64,000 bases of DNA, from the NCBI GenBank assembly GCA_030614255.1, contig JAUWKI010000002.1, positions 4,449-68,448 on the forward strand, read 5' to 3'. Both the position numbers and the translations under genes were made by a program. Positions 20,602-30,079 of the stretch are shown piece after piece (positions within the stretch are counted from its first letter, which is position 1; each line of letters opens with the position of its first letter). The stretch is from Actinomycetes bacterium. GTDB taxonomy: Bacteria > Actinomycetota > Aquicultoria > UBA3085 > Oleimmundimicrobiaceae. Below the pieces are notes generated by a model. It did no database searches, was not told the origin of the DNA, and saw nothing but the letters and a program-made list of their open reading frames with translations.

Positions 20602-21525
20602 CTAATTGAGCTCAATTATTCTGGGTCTAAATTTAAGCTTTTCAAGAAGATTAAGATAGTCATCTGACCTAATTTCATCCACTGGCTTTCCTAAAATCGC
20701 AACCATCGTGGCCTCCATAACATTGGTCCCAAAAGACCGGCCCTGTAATTCTGGGGTAGTTGTAATTAGTAACTTCACTCCCCGAGATTTCATATCTTCA
20801 ATATCACTGCCTGTTATCGTGTTTGTTAATATCCACTTACCCTCCATGCTCTGGGGCATATACTTTCGAATAAATAAATAATCTCCGGCAATTATATCCG
20901 CCTCTTCATAATATTTTGTATACTTCGGGTCCGGTTTCTCCTCTTGCTTCTCCCCTGTAGGATAAAGCTTTTCAAACCGCATCCTCACTACAAATGGCAA
21001 AGTGATTGAGGCTATAAGATTAAAAGTTGAAAGAGATCTGATAGCAATGGGAATATCCAATCCAAAGATGAGGTCACCAAATACCATTTCACACCCCGCC
21101 GCGTCCAGAGCTTCGGCCATTCCAAAGCGGTCAACTGCGCTCACCATCAAAACCTTTTTGCCCTTTAAGGACAAGCCTGCATCGTCAACAAGGTAGTGGA
21201 CAACTTCTTTTTCTAAGGTATTTTTTAAGCCACTCCCATCCGCAATGGGTGTCTTTTTGACGGCTTCTTTAAGCTTTTTTGCATCCTTTATTTCATATCT
21301 TCTTCCACCGGCGTAAAGATAGAGGTCTATCCCACCCAAACCAATGGCATCCACCTTGCCATCAAGCTCTTTAAGCATCTCTATGGCTTTGTCGAAGTCT
21401 CCATCGGTGCCAACTCTGCTTATACTAAACTCTTCCTCTAATAACTTTACTTTTACCCGATGATTTCTTTTTGAAGACCCAAGACTTACGCTTACGATTT
21501 TTTTCAATTCGCTTGCTCCCTTCAA
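20602..21525 (-). CDS. Conserved hypothetical protein (family not recognised)
   Basis: 307 aa ORF in the same operon. Its N-terminus overlaps the upstream regulator ORF by about 100 nt. Confidence 0.4.
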   Translation of the reverse strand: MKGASELKKIVSVSLGSSKRNHRVKVKLLEEEFSISRVGTDGDFDKAIEMLKELDGKVDAIGLGGIDLYLYAGGRRYEIKDAKKLKEAVKKTPIADGSGLKNTLEKEVVHYLVDDAGLSLKGKKVLMVSAVDRFGMAEALDAAGCEMVFGDLIFGLDIPIAIRSLSTFNLIASITLPFVVRMRFEKLYPTGEKQEEKPDPKYTKYYEEADIIAGDYLFIRKYMPQSMEGKWILTNTITGSDIEDMKSRGVKLLITTTPELQGRSFGTNVMEATMVAILGKPVDEIRSDDYLNLLEKLKFRPRIIELN

Positions 21526-22045
21526 TGCCGATAATATTTTCTAGAAGACCTCTAAGTTCCTCCACATCCACTTTCTTATCAGTCTTTAGTGGAGATTTAC
21601 CCAAAGAAATTCCAATTACTTCGCCATTTAAAATTTTCTCTAAAGACTCAACTCTTCTATCAGATGCTAAAAATATGACTGTGTCGAAACCCTGGAGCTC
21701 GGCAAGAACATCCAGAACTTCATTGAAGACAAAGGTTCCACCTTTCTCAACAAAAGAGAGCCGCTCCTTTTCGCTCAACAAGTAGATAAAATCGACGCCG
21801 CATTCCTTGACAACTTTCTTAACCTCTCTTTTGTTCTTCACTGGAAATCCGACGAGGGCGATTCTCTTCCCTCTTCTGACCTCTCCAAGACTTTCAAGGT
21901 GGGAAACGAAAGAGCGCTCAACACCAACTTCTGATGCAATCTCAGCTTGAGTAGCCCCACCAGAACGCTTCTTTAAGATTTCTCCCACTAAATCCATAAG
22001 TTTTTCGCGGCTTACCACTTTACTGCCGATACGAATTAACTCCAT
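21425..22045 (-). CDS. HTH-domain transcriptional regulator (putative operon regulator)
   Basis: Start taken at MELIRIGSKV. The N-terminal HTH-like segment is QAEIASEVGVERSFVSHL. It is the first gene of the 5-gene minus-strand operon. Confidence 0.5.
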   Translation of the reverse strand: MELIRIGSKVVSREKLMDLVGEILKKRSGGATQAEIASEVGVERSFVSHLESLGEVRRGKRIALVGFPVKNKREVKKVVKECGVDFIYLLSEKERLSFVEKGGTFVFNEVLDVLAELQGFDTVIFLASDRRVESLEKILNGEVIGISLGKSPLKTDKKVDVEELRGLLENIIGIEGSKRIEKNRKRKSWVFKKKSSGKSKVIRGRV

Positions 22046-22140
22046 GTTGGCCTTTCTTAAGAAGGGTGTACAAACTTGTGTACATTTTAGCACAGCTAAA
22101 AGAGGGCCTCAATAAAGATTAATTGCCAAGTTGGGAATAG

Positions 22141-22169
22141 AACAAGCCCCGCCTATGGCGGGGCTTGTT
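22141..22169. terminator. Perfect GC-rich hairpin AACAAGCCCCGCC-TATG-GGCGGGGCTTGTT between convergent/tandem units
   Basis: 13-bp stem with a 4-nt loop. It is a member of the CCCGCC-N4-GGCGGG hairpin family seen four times in the window. Confidence 0.6.
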
Positions 22170-22205
22170 CTATAGATTCACGAAGAAAAATTACCTTACT
22201 TTAAT

Positions 22206-24044
22206 TTACTGAAATGTTATATATGCAAATTTTGAAGTCCCGTCATCTAATTCTATTCTCAATCGCCAGGTTCCCCTCGTAAGATCTTTTGTCCTGAGTT
22301 TGTAAAAATATTTATTGACAAAGCTATTATAATCAAACTCGTTGTCAGTTACCTTCGAGCTACTTGAGGTAGCCGCTATCTCTTCGCCAAAAGTACCGTC
22401 GATGTTCTTCTTCGCTAACCAGAGCTTGGCAGATGCATCGGTAACAAAATCACCATTAGCATCCCACAACTGGAATTTTACGGATAAGCCACTGCCCAAT
22501 TTAAAAACACTGCTTCCATCGCTTCTAATGGGTGGAAAAACACCACTATAAACATAACGAACATAATAAGTTCTCGTCTCTATTGTTTGGTTTCCGGCTT
22601 TATCCACCGCAACCACACTAAAAGTCTTTTCACCAACCGTAGCTGTGTCAATTACTCCCCCGTCAGGAATAGTTGCCGTCACCGAAGCTATCCCCGAAAG
22701 CGAATCATCGGCCAGCCAGCCAGCTAAAGCCGGCTCGTTCAATATATACTCAGCTCCATCAACCGGTGTAATTATTGAGACCTCTGGCGCTGTATTATCT
22801 ATTAATATATCAACTTCATTACTGGTTATTACACTTTCCAAATCGAAGTCGAACTTCTGGATTCGGTCGTTGTCTGTGTCGGCCACATAAACATTGCCGC
22901 TTGAATCAACGGTTATACCTATTGGATTCCGGAACTCGCCATCGTATAAGAAGCCGTAACTTCCCCATTTCCCAAGGAAAATGCCGTTTGAGTCGAACTT
23001 CTGGATTCGATGGTTAGAAAAATCGACTACATAAACATTGCCGCTTGAGTCGACGGCTATACCTATTGGATTCCGGAACTCGCCATCGTATAAGAAGCCG
23101 TAACTTCCCCATTCGCCAAGAAACTTGCCGTCTGAGTCGAATTTCTGGATTCGGTCGTTATTACAGTCAGCCACATAAACATTGCCGTCTGAGTCGACGG
23201 TTACACCAGTGGGGCAATCAAACTCACCTTTATCCGTACCGTAACTTCCCCATTCGGTGAGGGAATCACCATCTGAGTCGAACTTCTGGATTCGGTGGTT
23301 ATTACAGTCAGTCACATAAATATTGCCGCTTGAGTTGACAGTTACACCGAACGGGTCAAATGGGCCGTCGAGTGTACCATAACTTCCCCATTCGGTGAGG
23401 AAATTGCCATCCGAGTCGAACTTCTGGATTCGGTGGTTGCCCCGATCAGCCACATAAATATTGCCGCTTGAGTCGACGGCTACACCAGTGGGACAGTTAA
23501 ACTGGCCATCGTCTATGTCAAGACTTTCCCATTCGAAGAAATTGCCATTTGAGTCAAATTTCTGGATTCGGTGATTGTACGTGTCGGCCACATAAACATT
23601 GCCGCTTGAGTCAACTACTATGTCATATGGGCGGTTAAATTGGTCGTCGAGTGTACCAGAACCTTCCCATTTCAGAGTAAACTTATAACTTCCAATAGAA
23701 ACATTGAGTCTGGAGACGTAGTCCCCTTCATTAACTGAACCGCCATCATCGTCTGTCCCGTCCCAGATGATGCTATGAGTTCCACTGTTTTGAACACCAC
23801 CGTTGACAGTTCTGATAGGCTCACTTTCCAAATCATAATCCGAATCATAAATTTCAAGCGAAACATTGCCATCGTCAACATCGATTAAAGTGTAATTTAT
23901 GCTGGTGCTACCCGTCTCTGAATTAAAAGCATAAGGATCTACGACAATGTCAATTATAGCTGAATTACCAGATGCTAACGAAGTTGGTAGTAAAAGGGCT
24001 AAAAATAAAACCACAACTGTAAAACTTGTAACTATTTTCTTCAT
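22206..24044 (-). CDS. Secreted NHL-repeat beta-propeller protein
   Basis: Signal peptide MKKIVTSFTVVVLFLALLLPTSLASG. At least 6 NHL-type repeats (GxFxxPxGVAVDSSGNIYVAD..NHRIQKFD). The DNA also carries about 130 bp tandem repeats from 22850 to 23620. Confidence 0.85.
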   Translation of the reverse strand: MKKIVTSFTVVVLFLALLLPTSLASGNSAIIDIVVDPYAFNSETGSTSINYTLIDVDDGNVSLEIYDSDYDLESEPIRTVNGGVQNSGTHSIIWDGTDDDGGSVNEGDYVSRLNVSIGSYKFTLKWEGSGTLDDQFNRPYDIVVDSSGNVYVADTYNHRIQKFDSNGNFFEWESLDIDDGQFNCPTGVAVDSSGNIYVADRGNHRIQKFDSDGNFLTEWGSYGTLDGPFDPFGVTVNSSGNIYVTDCNNHRIQKFDSDGDSLTEWGSYGTDKGEFDCPTGVTVDSDGNVYVADCNNDRIQKFDSDGKFLGEWGSYGFLYDGEFRNPIGIAVDSSGNVYVVDFSNHRIQKFDSNGIFLGKWGSYGFLYDGEFRNPIGITVDSSGNVYVADTDNDRIQKFDFDLESVITSNEVDILIDNTAPEVSIITPVDGAEYILNEPALAGWLADDSLSGIASVTATIPDGGVIDTATVGEKTFSVVAVDKAGNQTIETRTYYVRYVYSGVFPPIRSDGSSVFKLGSGLSVKFQLWDANGDFVTDASAKLWLAKKNIDGTFGEEIAATSSSSKVTDNEFDYNSFVNKYFYKLRTKDLTRGTWRLRIELDDGTSKFAYITFQ

Positions 24045-24349
24045 ACATTTTCACCTCATATAAGATTTCGTTAAGTTCAAATCGCCCCTCTACTTTTAAA
24101 TGCCCTTGATTTAAATGTTAAATTGCTTCTACTCGAGAAAAAATGCACCTGAACAGTAAAGATTTTCTTTATATTACAGCTATCATTCAAGACTTTTTTT
24201 GATGAATAGAACAAATTTCATAAACGATGCAGGTAATCCTATCTTTTTTATGGAAATTTTCTTTAAGTTTACCTTCATATAGTATTTTAGTGTACCTGGT
24301 GTGAGTCGAAAAGTCCACTATTTACTTAAATTCACACAGAAATGAGAAA

Positions 24350-25114
24350 TTAACAATTCATCTCAAAAATCTTCTTGAGCCCTTGAAGAGTTAGCGTTAA
24401 ATTTACTTCATCTACAAATTCACACTTGCTAGCAAACAAGCCGGCTAACCCTCCGGTAGCCACAACGGTTGAATTTTCTTCCATCTCTCCCTTAATCAAG
24501 CTAACAATTTTATCAACCTGGCCAACAAAACCAAGCATTATCCCAGATTGCAGGCTTTCTGTTGTATTTTTTCCGATAGCTTTTGAGGGTACTTTTAAAT
24601 CGACTTGCGAAAGTTTTGCCGCCATTTCAAAAAGAGCCTCAGCAGATGTTTCGATACCGGGGGCAATAGCTCCCCCAAGATATTCACCTTTACTCGAGAT
24701 AGCATCAAAGGTAGTAGCTGTCCCAAAATCAACGACGATAACAGGTCCACCGTAAATATCATAAGCGGCTACAGCGTTTGCAATTCTATCGGCGCCGACC
24801 TCATGAGGATTATCATAAAGAATAGGAATCCCGGTTTTTGTCCCAGGACCAACCACTATTGCTTCCAATTTGAAGATACTTTTAGCCATCTCAATTAAAG
24901 AAGCAGTACAATGAGGAACCACTGAGGAGATTATAATCGCATCGATATCTTTTAATTTTAAACCCTGTAAATTTAATAGATTGGTCAAGGTTACAGCCAG
25001 CTCATCGGCCGTTTCTTCTTTATTTGTAGAAATTCGCCAACTGCAACAAAGTTCATCCCCATCAAATACACCAAAACTCGTCTGAGTATTTCCAACATCA
25101 ACAGCAAGAAGCAT
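24350..25114 (-). CDS. coaX: Type III pantothenate kinase
   Basis: 254 aa. The MLLAVDVGNTQTSFGVF N-terminus is typical of CoaX. Confidence 0.9.
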   Translation of the reverse strand: MLLAVDVGNTQTSFGVFDGDELCCSWRISTNKEETADELAVTLTNLLNLQGLKLKDIDAIIISSVVPHCTASLIEMAKSIFKLEAIVVGPGTKTGIPILYDNPHEVGADRIANAVAAYDIYGGPVIVVDFGTATTFDAISSKGEYLGGAIAPGIETSAEALFEMAAKLSQVDLKVPSKAIGKNTTESLQSGIMLGFVGQVDKIVSLIKGEMEENSTVVATGGLAGLFASKCEFVDEVNLTLTLQGLKKIFEMNC

Positions 25115-25353
25115 CTTAATCCTCCATTGATATATTTATTATAAACATGGATAAATTATAACAGATACCGATTAATGAATTGAGTATAGAAGAAGAAACA
25201 AAAGTTAGGAGTCAAAAATTAAGATTAAGAAGAGATAATCATGGAAGTCATTGCGAGAGGTAAGGGCAGAATAATTTCGCCGGTAAACGCAGCTTCCTGT
25301 ACCAGGAAGAGATTACCTCACTTTGTTCACAATGATTTTTATTATAAATAAGG

Positions 25354-25794
25354 TTACAGAAGAGACCAGCCGCGCTTCAAACCCTCTTCACAATAACCTA
25401 AATTTTCCCATTCACAATCTCTGCAGATGCTCTTCATAAAATTTAAATTTATGCGTTCCTTAATCAAAGCCATCGCCCGATTGAATTGAACAACAGCTCC
25501 CGATGATATCCCCAGTTTCTCCAATAAATTTAAATCCATCGTCGTGGGTGAATTTTCGGCGAAGCTGTTGTTCTTTTGGCAACTTCCCCCTATATTATGG
25601 GGACAATATTTGCATACATCATCACACTGATGAATGAGTATAACCTCACGACTTTCATCGGCACGAAAAACTGTGATTATTTTTTTCAAGTTTGCCACAA
25701 ATTCCTCGCTATAACCTAAACCGCAAAATCCTAAAATGCAAAGAAGGTGATGAGCACGAATCTCTATGACTTCCGTTTTATCCTTTAAGAACAT
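25354..25794 (-). CDS. Cys-rich DUF1284-like protein
   Basis: 146 aa with multiple conserved Cys/His residues (HHLLCILGFCG, CKYCPH, CRDCEWENLGYC). Confidence 0.55.
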   Translation of the reverse strand: MFLKDKTEVIEIRAHHLLCILGFCGLGYSEEFVANLKKIITVFRADESREVILIHQCDDVCKYCPHNIGGSCQKNNSFAENSPTTMDLNLLEKLGISSGAVVQFNRAMALIKERINLNFMKSICRDCEWENLGYCEEGLKRGWSLL

Positions 25795-26315
25795 AAAGGT
25801 TTTACCCTTTGGATTAAGAATGAAGCCAGGGCGGCCTTAACCAGATCCACTCCAATAAAGGGAAGGACCCCAACAAGAAGTGCTTTTGAAAAACTTAATT
25901 TTGCAACGACCATAAGTTGTAAAGCTCCAATTAAATATATAAATAAAACGCCTATTATCAAGACTAAGAATATCCGAAGATAATGTAATTTGGGCTTATC
26001 CTCAGTCATTTTTCCTATAACATATGCAGCTAAGATGAAACCAAATATATAACCCCCCGTTGGGCCAATTAAAACCCCAAAACCGGAAGTTCCTCCCGCA
26101 AAAACGGGAAGCCCCAGGCAACCGAGAAGAACGTAAATTATTTGACTCAAAGCTCCCAATCTACTACCCAACAAAGCTCCAGAAAGCAACACAAAAAGAA
26201 CTTGAAGTGTGATGGGGACAGGGCTAAATGGAAGCGGAATTACCATAAGAGCCCCAACCGCCGTCAATGCTGCAAATAAAGCAACTAAAATCATACTTTT
26301 TACATCAATTTTCAT
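25785..26315 (-). CDS. bioY: Biotin transporter BioY
   Basis: 176 aa multi-pass membrane protein. The PITLQVLFVLLSGALLG segment is typical of BioY. A BirA operator lies upstream. Confidence 0.9.
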   Translation of the reverse strand: MKIDVKSMILVALFAALTAVGALMVIPLPFSPVPITLQVLFVLLSGALLGSRLGALSQIIYVLLGCLGLPVFAGGTSGFGVLIGPTGGYIFGFILAAYVIGKMTEDKPKLHYLRIFLVLIIGVLFIYLIGALQLMVVAKLSFSKALLVGVLPFIGVDLVKAALASFLIQRVKPLCS

Positions 26316-26327
26316 AAAATTTCTCCT

Positions 26328-26358
26328 TTGTTAACCAAATTTTTAAATAGGTTAACAA
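26328..26358. promoter_or_regulatory. BirA operator (bioO) palindrome TTGTTAACC-N13-GGTTAACAA
   Basis: Inverted repeat ttgttaacc aaatttttaaata ggttaacaa lies between birA and bioY, matching the Firmicutes BirA box TGTTAACC...GGTTAACA. Confidence 0.8.
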
Positions 26359-26387
26359 TTATAACAAAATAAAAACTTGATGTAAAA

Positions 26388-27362
26388 TCATTTTTTAATA
26401 ACTACATCCCCAGAGTAAATTGTACGCATTTCGCCAGAGAATAACTTCAATAATAATCCCCCATGTTCATCAATATCAAAGACCTCCCCTTCAATTTCAC
26501 CGTCCAGAACCGAAATCTTCACGTTTTTACCTAACATGTCGCAGAAATTTTTCCACTCCGACAGCACCTTCTTAAAACCACCCTCTTTTAAAGGAAAATA
26601 AACTTTTTCGAACTCTTTTAATATGGCTTTAATCAAAATCACCCTATCTACTTCAGCTCCCAATAATTCCTTCAAGGTAGTTACTTTGCCTTGCAACTCT
26701 TCGGGGAAAGCCATCAAACCAAAGTTAGTATTCACTCCCAGTCCAACCACAACAAAATTTATTTTATCGGTCTCGGCGCTCATCTCGGTTAAGATGCCGG
26801 CAACTTTTTTACTATCGATAAGAACATCGTTTGGCCACTTAAGTTGAACTTTTAATCCGGTTTCAATCTCAATAGCTTTCGCGACAGCAACTCCCGCAAG
26901 AATTGTTATCTTGGAAGCATCGATTGGTGAAATTTCAGGGCGTAAAATCATAGAAAGCCATATTCCTCCGCATGGGGAAATCCATTTTCTTCCAAGTCTA
27001 CCCTTGCCTGCAACTTGCTTTTCTGCTATAACAAGCGTCCCTTCCGAGACCCCTTTAACAGCATAAGTTTTAGCTACATCATTTGTCGAACCAACTTCAT
27101 CAAAATGATAGATCTCTTTGTTAAAAAAGGTTGTTTTTAATTTGTATCGTATTTCAGAGGGTAAAAGTTTACTGGATAATTCAATCAATCTATATCCCTG
27201 CCCTGGAACAGCTTCTATAAGATAACCCTCTTTTTTTAAATTCTGGATACTCTTCCAAATAGCAGTCCTTGATAAAGAAAGACTCCGAGAAATTTCTTCT
27301 CCTGAGACAAGCTCGCCAAAATTATCCCTTAAAAAAAATAAAACAGCTTCTTTTGAAGACAC
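26388..27362 (-). CDS. birA: Bifunctional biotin-[acetyl-CoA-carboxylase] ligase / biotin operon repressor BirA
   Basis: 324 aa with an N-terminal HTH, a BPL catalytic core (GRGRLGRKW) and a C-terminal SH3-like domain. Confidence 0.9.
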   Translation of the reverse strand: MSSKEAVLFFLRDNFGELVSGEEISRSLSLSRTAIWKSIQNLKKEGYLIEAVPGQGYRLIELSSKLLPSEIRYKLKTTFFNKEIYHFDEVGSTNDVAKTYAVKGVSEGTLVIAEKQVAGKGRLGRKWISPCGGIWLSMILRPEISPIDASKITILAGVAVAKAIEIETGLKVQLKWPNDVLIDSKKVAGILTEMSAETDKINFVVVGLGVNTNFGLMAFPEELQGKVTTLKELLGAEVDRVILIKAILKEFEKVYFPLKEGGFKKVLSEWKNFCDMLGKNVKISVLDGEIEGEVFDIDEHGGLLLKLFSGEMRTIYSGDVVIKK

Positions 27363-27586
27363 CCTATTCCCCCTTACGTTTTCTGCGATATAGATAAATT
27401 GGAAGCAAAAAGACGACTATTAACGTGCAAGCTCCCCAAAAAAAGAATGGTTTCTCCTGGAACAATTAACCCTAAAAAAATACATTTTCCAATAAGAGGG
27501 CAAAAAAGAATGTAGCACCCGTAAATTTTAAAATAGGTAAAAACTACATCTAGAATCCCTGACCCCATAAATCCATCTCTTAACAA

Positions 27587-28441
27587 TCAATCTGAGACAA
27601 GTTCAATGGAGATATTTAAGGGCGTCGAAGCCTGGGTTATCGCTCCAACAGAAATCCTGTCTATACCAGTTTTTGCCACCTCTTCAACATTGTTCAGATT
27701 TATGCCCCCCGAAGCTTCAAGAACCGCTCGTTTGCCAATAATCTCAACTGCTTCTCGTATTATCTCAATATCCATGTTATCCAACATTATAATATCAGCG
27801 CCTGTTTCTAGTGCTTCCTGGACTTGACTCAAGTTTTCGGTTTCAACTTCGATTTTTGCCTGTGGAAGAGATATCTTAACGAGCTCTATAGCCCGCTTTA
27901 TTCCTCCGGCACCAGCAATGTGATTATCCTTTATCAAAACAGTATCATATAAACCCATCCGGTGATTGCAACCTCCGCCAACTACAACAGCATACTTTTC
28001 AACCAACCTCAAACCCGGAGTCGTTTTTCTTGTGTCATAAATATCAACCCCATGTGGTCTTGCCCTCTTTACAAATTCAGATGTTAAGGTAGCTATACCA
28101 GAAAGGTGTTGAAGAAAATTAAGAGCTACTCTCTCAGCGGCCAAAACCTTAGAAACATCACCCTCTAACTCGGCAATTACCCCTTTTTCTTTGATAGTAT
28201 CGCCATCTTTGAACTTGGCCTTAAGAGTCGTGGATTCATCCACTATCTCAAATACCTTCGCGGCAACCTTAACGCCCGCCAATATGCCTCGGTCCTCACA
28301 CCGGATAAATCCCTTAATCCTCTTGGGTGCAGAGAAAATCGCATCCATGGTGATATCACCATGAACTCCTAGGTCTTCCTTAAGAGCATTCCTTATTATT
28401 CTTTCCAATTCTTCTCCGAATATCTCAACCATTTTTGCCAC
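27587..28441 (-). CDS. nadC: Nicotinate-nucleotide pyrophosphorylase (quinolinate phosphoribosyltransferase)
   Basis: 284 aa QPRTase sequence, in a nadA-nadB-nadC block. Confidence 0.9.
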   Translation of the reverse strand: MAKMVEIFGEELERIIRNALKEDLGVHGDITMDAIFSAPKRIKGFIRCEDRGILAGVKVAAKVFEIVDESTTLKAKFKDGDTIKEKGVIAELEGDVSKVLAAERVALNFLQHLSGIATLTSEFVKRARPHGVDIYDTRKTTPGLRLVEKYAVVVGGGCNHRMGLYDTVLIKDNHIAGAGGIKRAIELVKISLPQAKIEVETENLSQVQEALETGADIIMLDNMDIEIIREAVEIIGKRAVLEASGGINLNNVEEVAKTGIDRISVGAITQASTPLNISIELVSD

Positions 28442-30072
28442 TAAACCTCCAGATATATGGGTAATTCAAGATCTCGCTTCAAAATTATATGTTTTTTCCA
28501 CTTTAAATCATCGGTTTTGGGAAAATCGCTTCGAAAGTGCGCTCCTCTACTCTCTTCGCGCATCAGCGCAGATTGTGTTACTAATCTGGCAACAATGAGC
28601 ATATTTTGAAGCTCGAATTCCTCAACCCTATCAAATTTGGTCGCAAGAACTTCGCTGCTTAAATCAGAAATTTTATTAAGAGTCATCCTTAGTTCATCTT
28701 GTGTACGTATAACTCCGACGAAAGAGACCATTGCCTCACGCAATACTCTTTTACATTTGGAGATGTCGATATACTTTTTCTCTCCAACAAAATCATAACT
28801 CACATCAATGCCTGAAATGCCCTCCTTGGGCATTTCCTCAAAATCTTCCTTTAAAACATCACATATTCGCTTACTGAAAACCAATCCTTCTAAAAGGGAA
28901 TTGCTGGCCAATCTGTTTGCGCCGTGAATGCCCGAGCAAGTTACCTCACCGCTAGCATGCAAGCCGGGTAAACTTGTCCTTCCAAAAACATCCGTTTTAA
29001 CTCCCCCCATCATATAATGAGCGGCAGGCGAAACAGGTACTAAATTCTTGCTGAGGTCGTAACCATCTTCTTTACACCTATCCCAAATCATCGGAAATCT
29101 TTTCCTCAATTTCTCGGCCGGGATATGGGTAGCATCCAGATAGACATGGTCTTCTCCACAGCGCTTCATTGCTTTAACAATTTCCCTTACAACAATATCC
29201 CTCGGAGCAAGTTCGGCCATGGGATGGACTCCCACCATAAATCTCTTGTTCGCACAATCTCTTAAATAAGCACCCTCCCCCCTCAGCGCCTCCGTGATTA
29301 AAAAACGGGGACTTTTTTTGTCGCTTAAAGCAGTTGGGTGAAACTGTATAAACTCCATATCACAAACTTCTGCCCCCGCGCGGTAAGCCATTGCTACGCC
29401 ATCACCCGTTGCTATCAATGGACTGGTCGTAATATCATAAAGTTGCCCACATCCTCCCGCAGCCAAAATAACTGCTTTAGCAAAGTAAGCAACGAGTTTC
29501 TTTTCCTTGGAGTCAAATACCAAAACTCCGACGCAACGATTTTTATAGGTTAAAAAGTCTAGAGCGAAGACGTTTTCTTTAACTTGAATGCCCGGACATG
29601 ACTTCATGTTCGCAACCAGGGTCGATAAAATCTCAGCACCAGTAGAATCTCCCGAGTGAAGAACCCTCGATAAAGAATGACCACCCTCACGCCCGAGTTT
29701 AATCTCACCACTAAGGGCTCTGTCAAAATCGACACCAAGACTTATCAAATTTTCGATGGAATCACGAGCTTCATTTACAAGTACTTTAACGGCTTCAGAG
29801 TCGCATAACCCAGCACCCGCTTGCATTGTGTCTCGATAGTGAAGTTCGGGGGAGTCCTCTTTGCTCATCGCAGTCGCAACTCCACCCTGAGCATACCAAG
29901 TTGTCGTATCTTTAAGTTCGCCCTTGGTAAGAAGGATAACTTTATACTTTTGACAACATTTAAGAGCCATCGTCAACCCAGCGATTCCGCTTCCGATTAT
30001 CAACAAGTCGGATAACTGTCGCGACAGATTTCTGGTATTAAAGCTAGCTAAATAACGTGGGGTATCTTTCAA
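28441..30072 (-). CDS. nadB: L-aspartate oxidase
   Basis: 543 aa with a FAD-binding GSGIAGL motif and a succinate-dehydrogenase-like flavoprotein fold. Confidence 0.9.
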   Translation of the reverse strand: MKDTPRYLASFNTRNLSRQLSDLLIIGSGIAGLTMALKCCQKYKVILLTKGELKDTTTWYAQGGVATAMSKEDSPELHYRDTMQAGAGLCDSEAVKVLVNEARDSIENLISLGVDFDRALSGEIKLGREGGHSLSRVLHSGDSTGAEILSTLVANMKSCPGIQVKENVFALDFLTYKNRCVGVLVFDSKEKKLVAYFAKAVILAAGGCGQLYDITTSPLIATGDGVAMAYRAGAEVCDMEFIQFHPTALSDKKSPRFLITEALRGEGAYLRDCANKRFMVGVHPMAELAPRDIVVREIVKAMKRCGEDHVYLDATHIPAEKLRKRFPMIWDRCKEDGYDLSKNLVPVSPAAHYMMGGVKTDVFGRTSLPGLHASGEVTCSGIHGANRLASNSLLEGLVFSKRICDVLKEDFEEMPKEGISGIDVSYDFVGEKKYIDISKCKRVLREAMVSFVGVIRTQDELRMTLNKISDLSSEVLATKFDRVEEFELQNMLIVARLVTQSALMREESRGAHFRSDFPKTDDLKWKKHIILKRDLELPIYLEV

Positions 30073-30079
30073 ACCATCA

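Noticed and set aside
27374-27586. 70 aa minus-strand ORF between birA and nadC
   Set aside because: It has no RBS and hydrophobic low-complexity composition, and it sits in a promoter-like AT-rich spacer. Probably non-coding.
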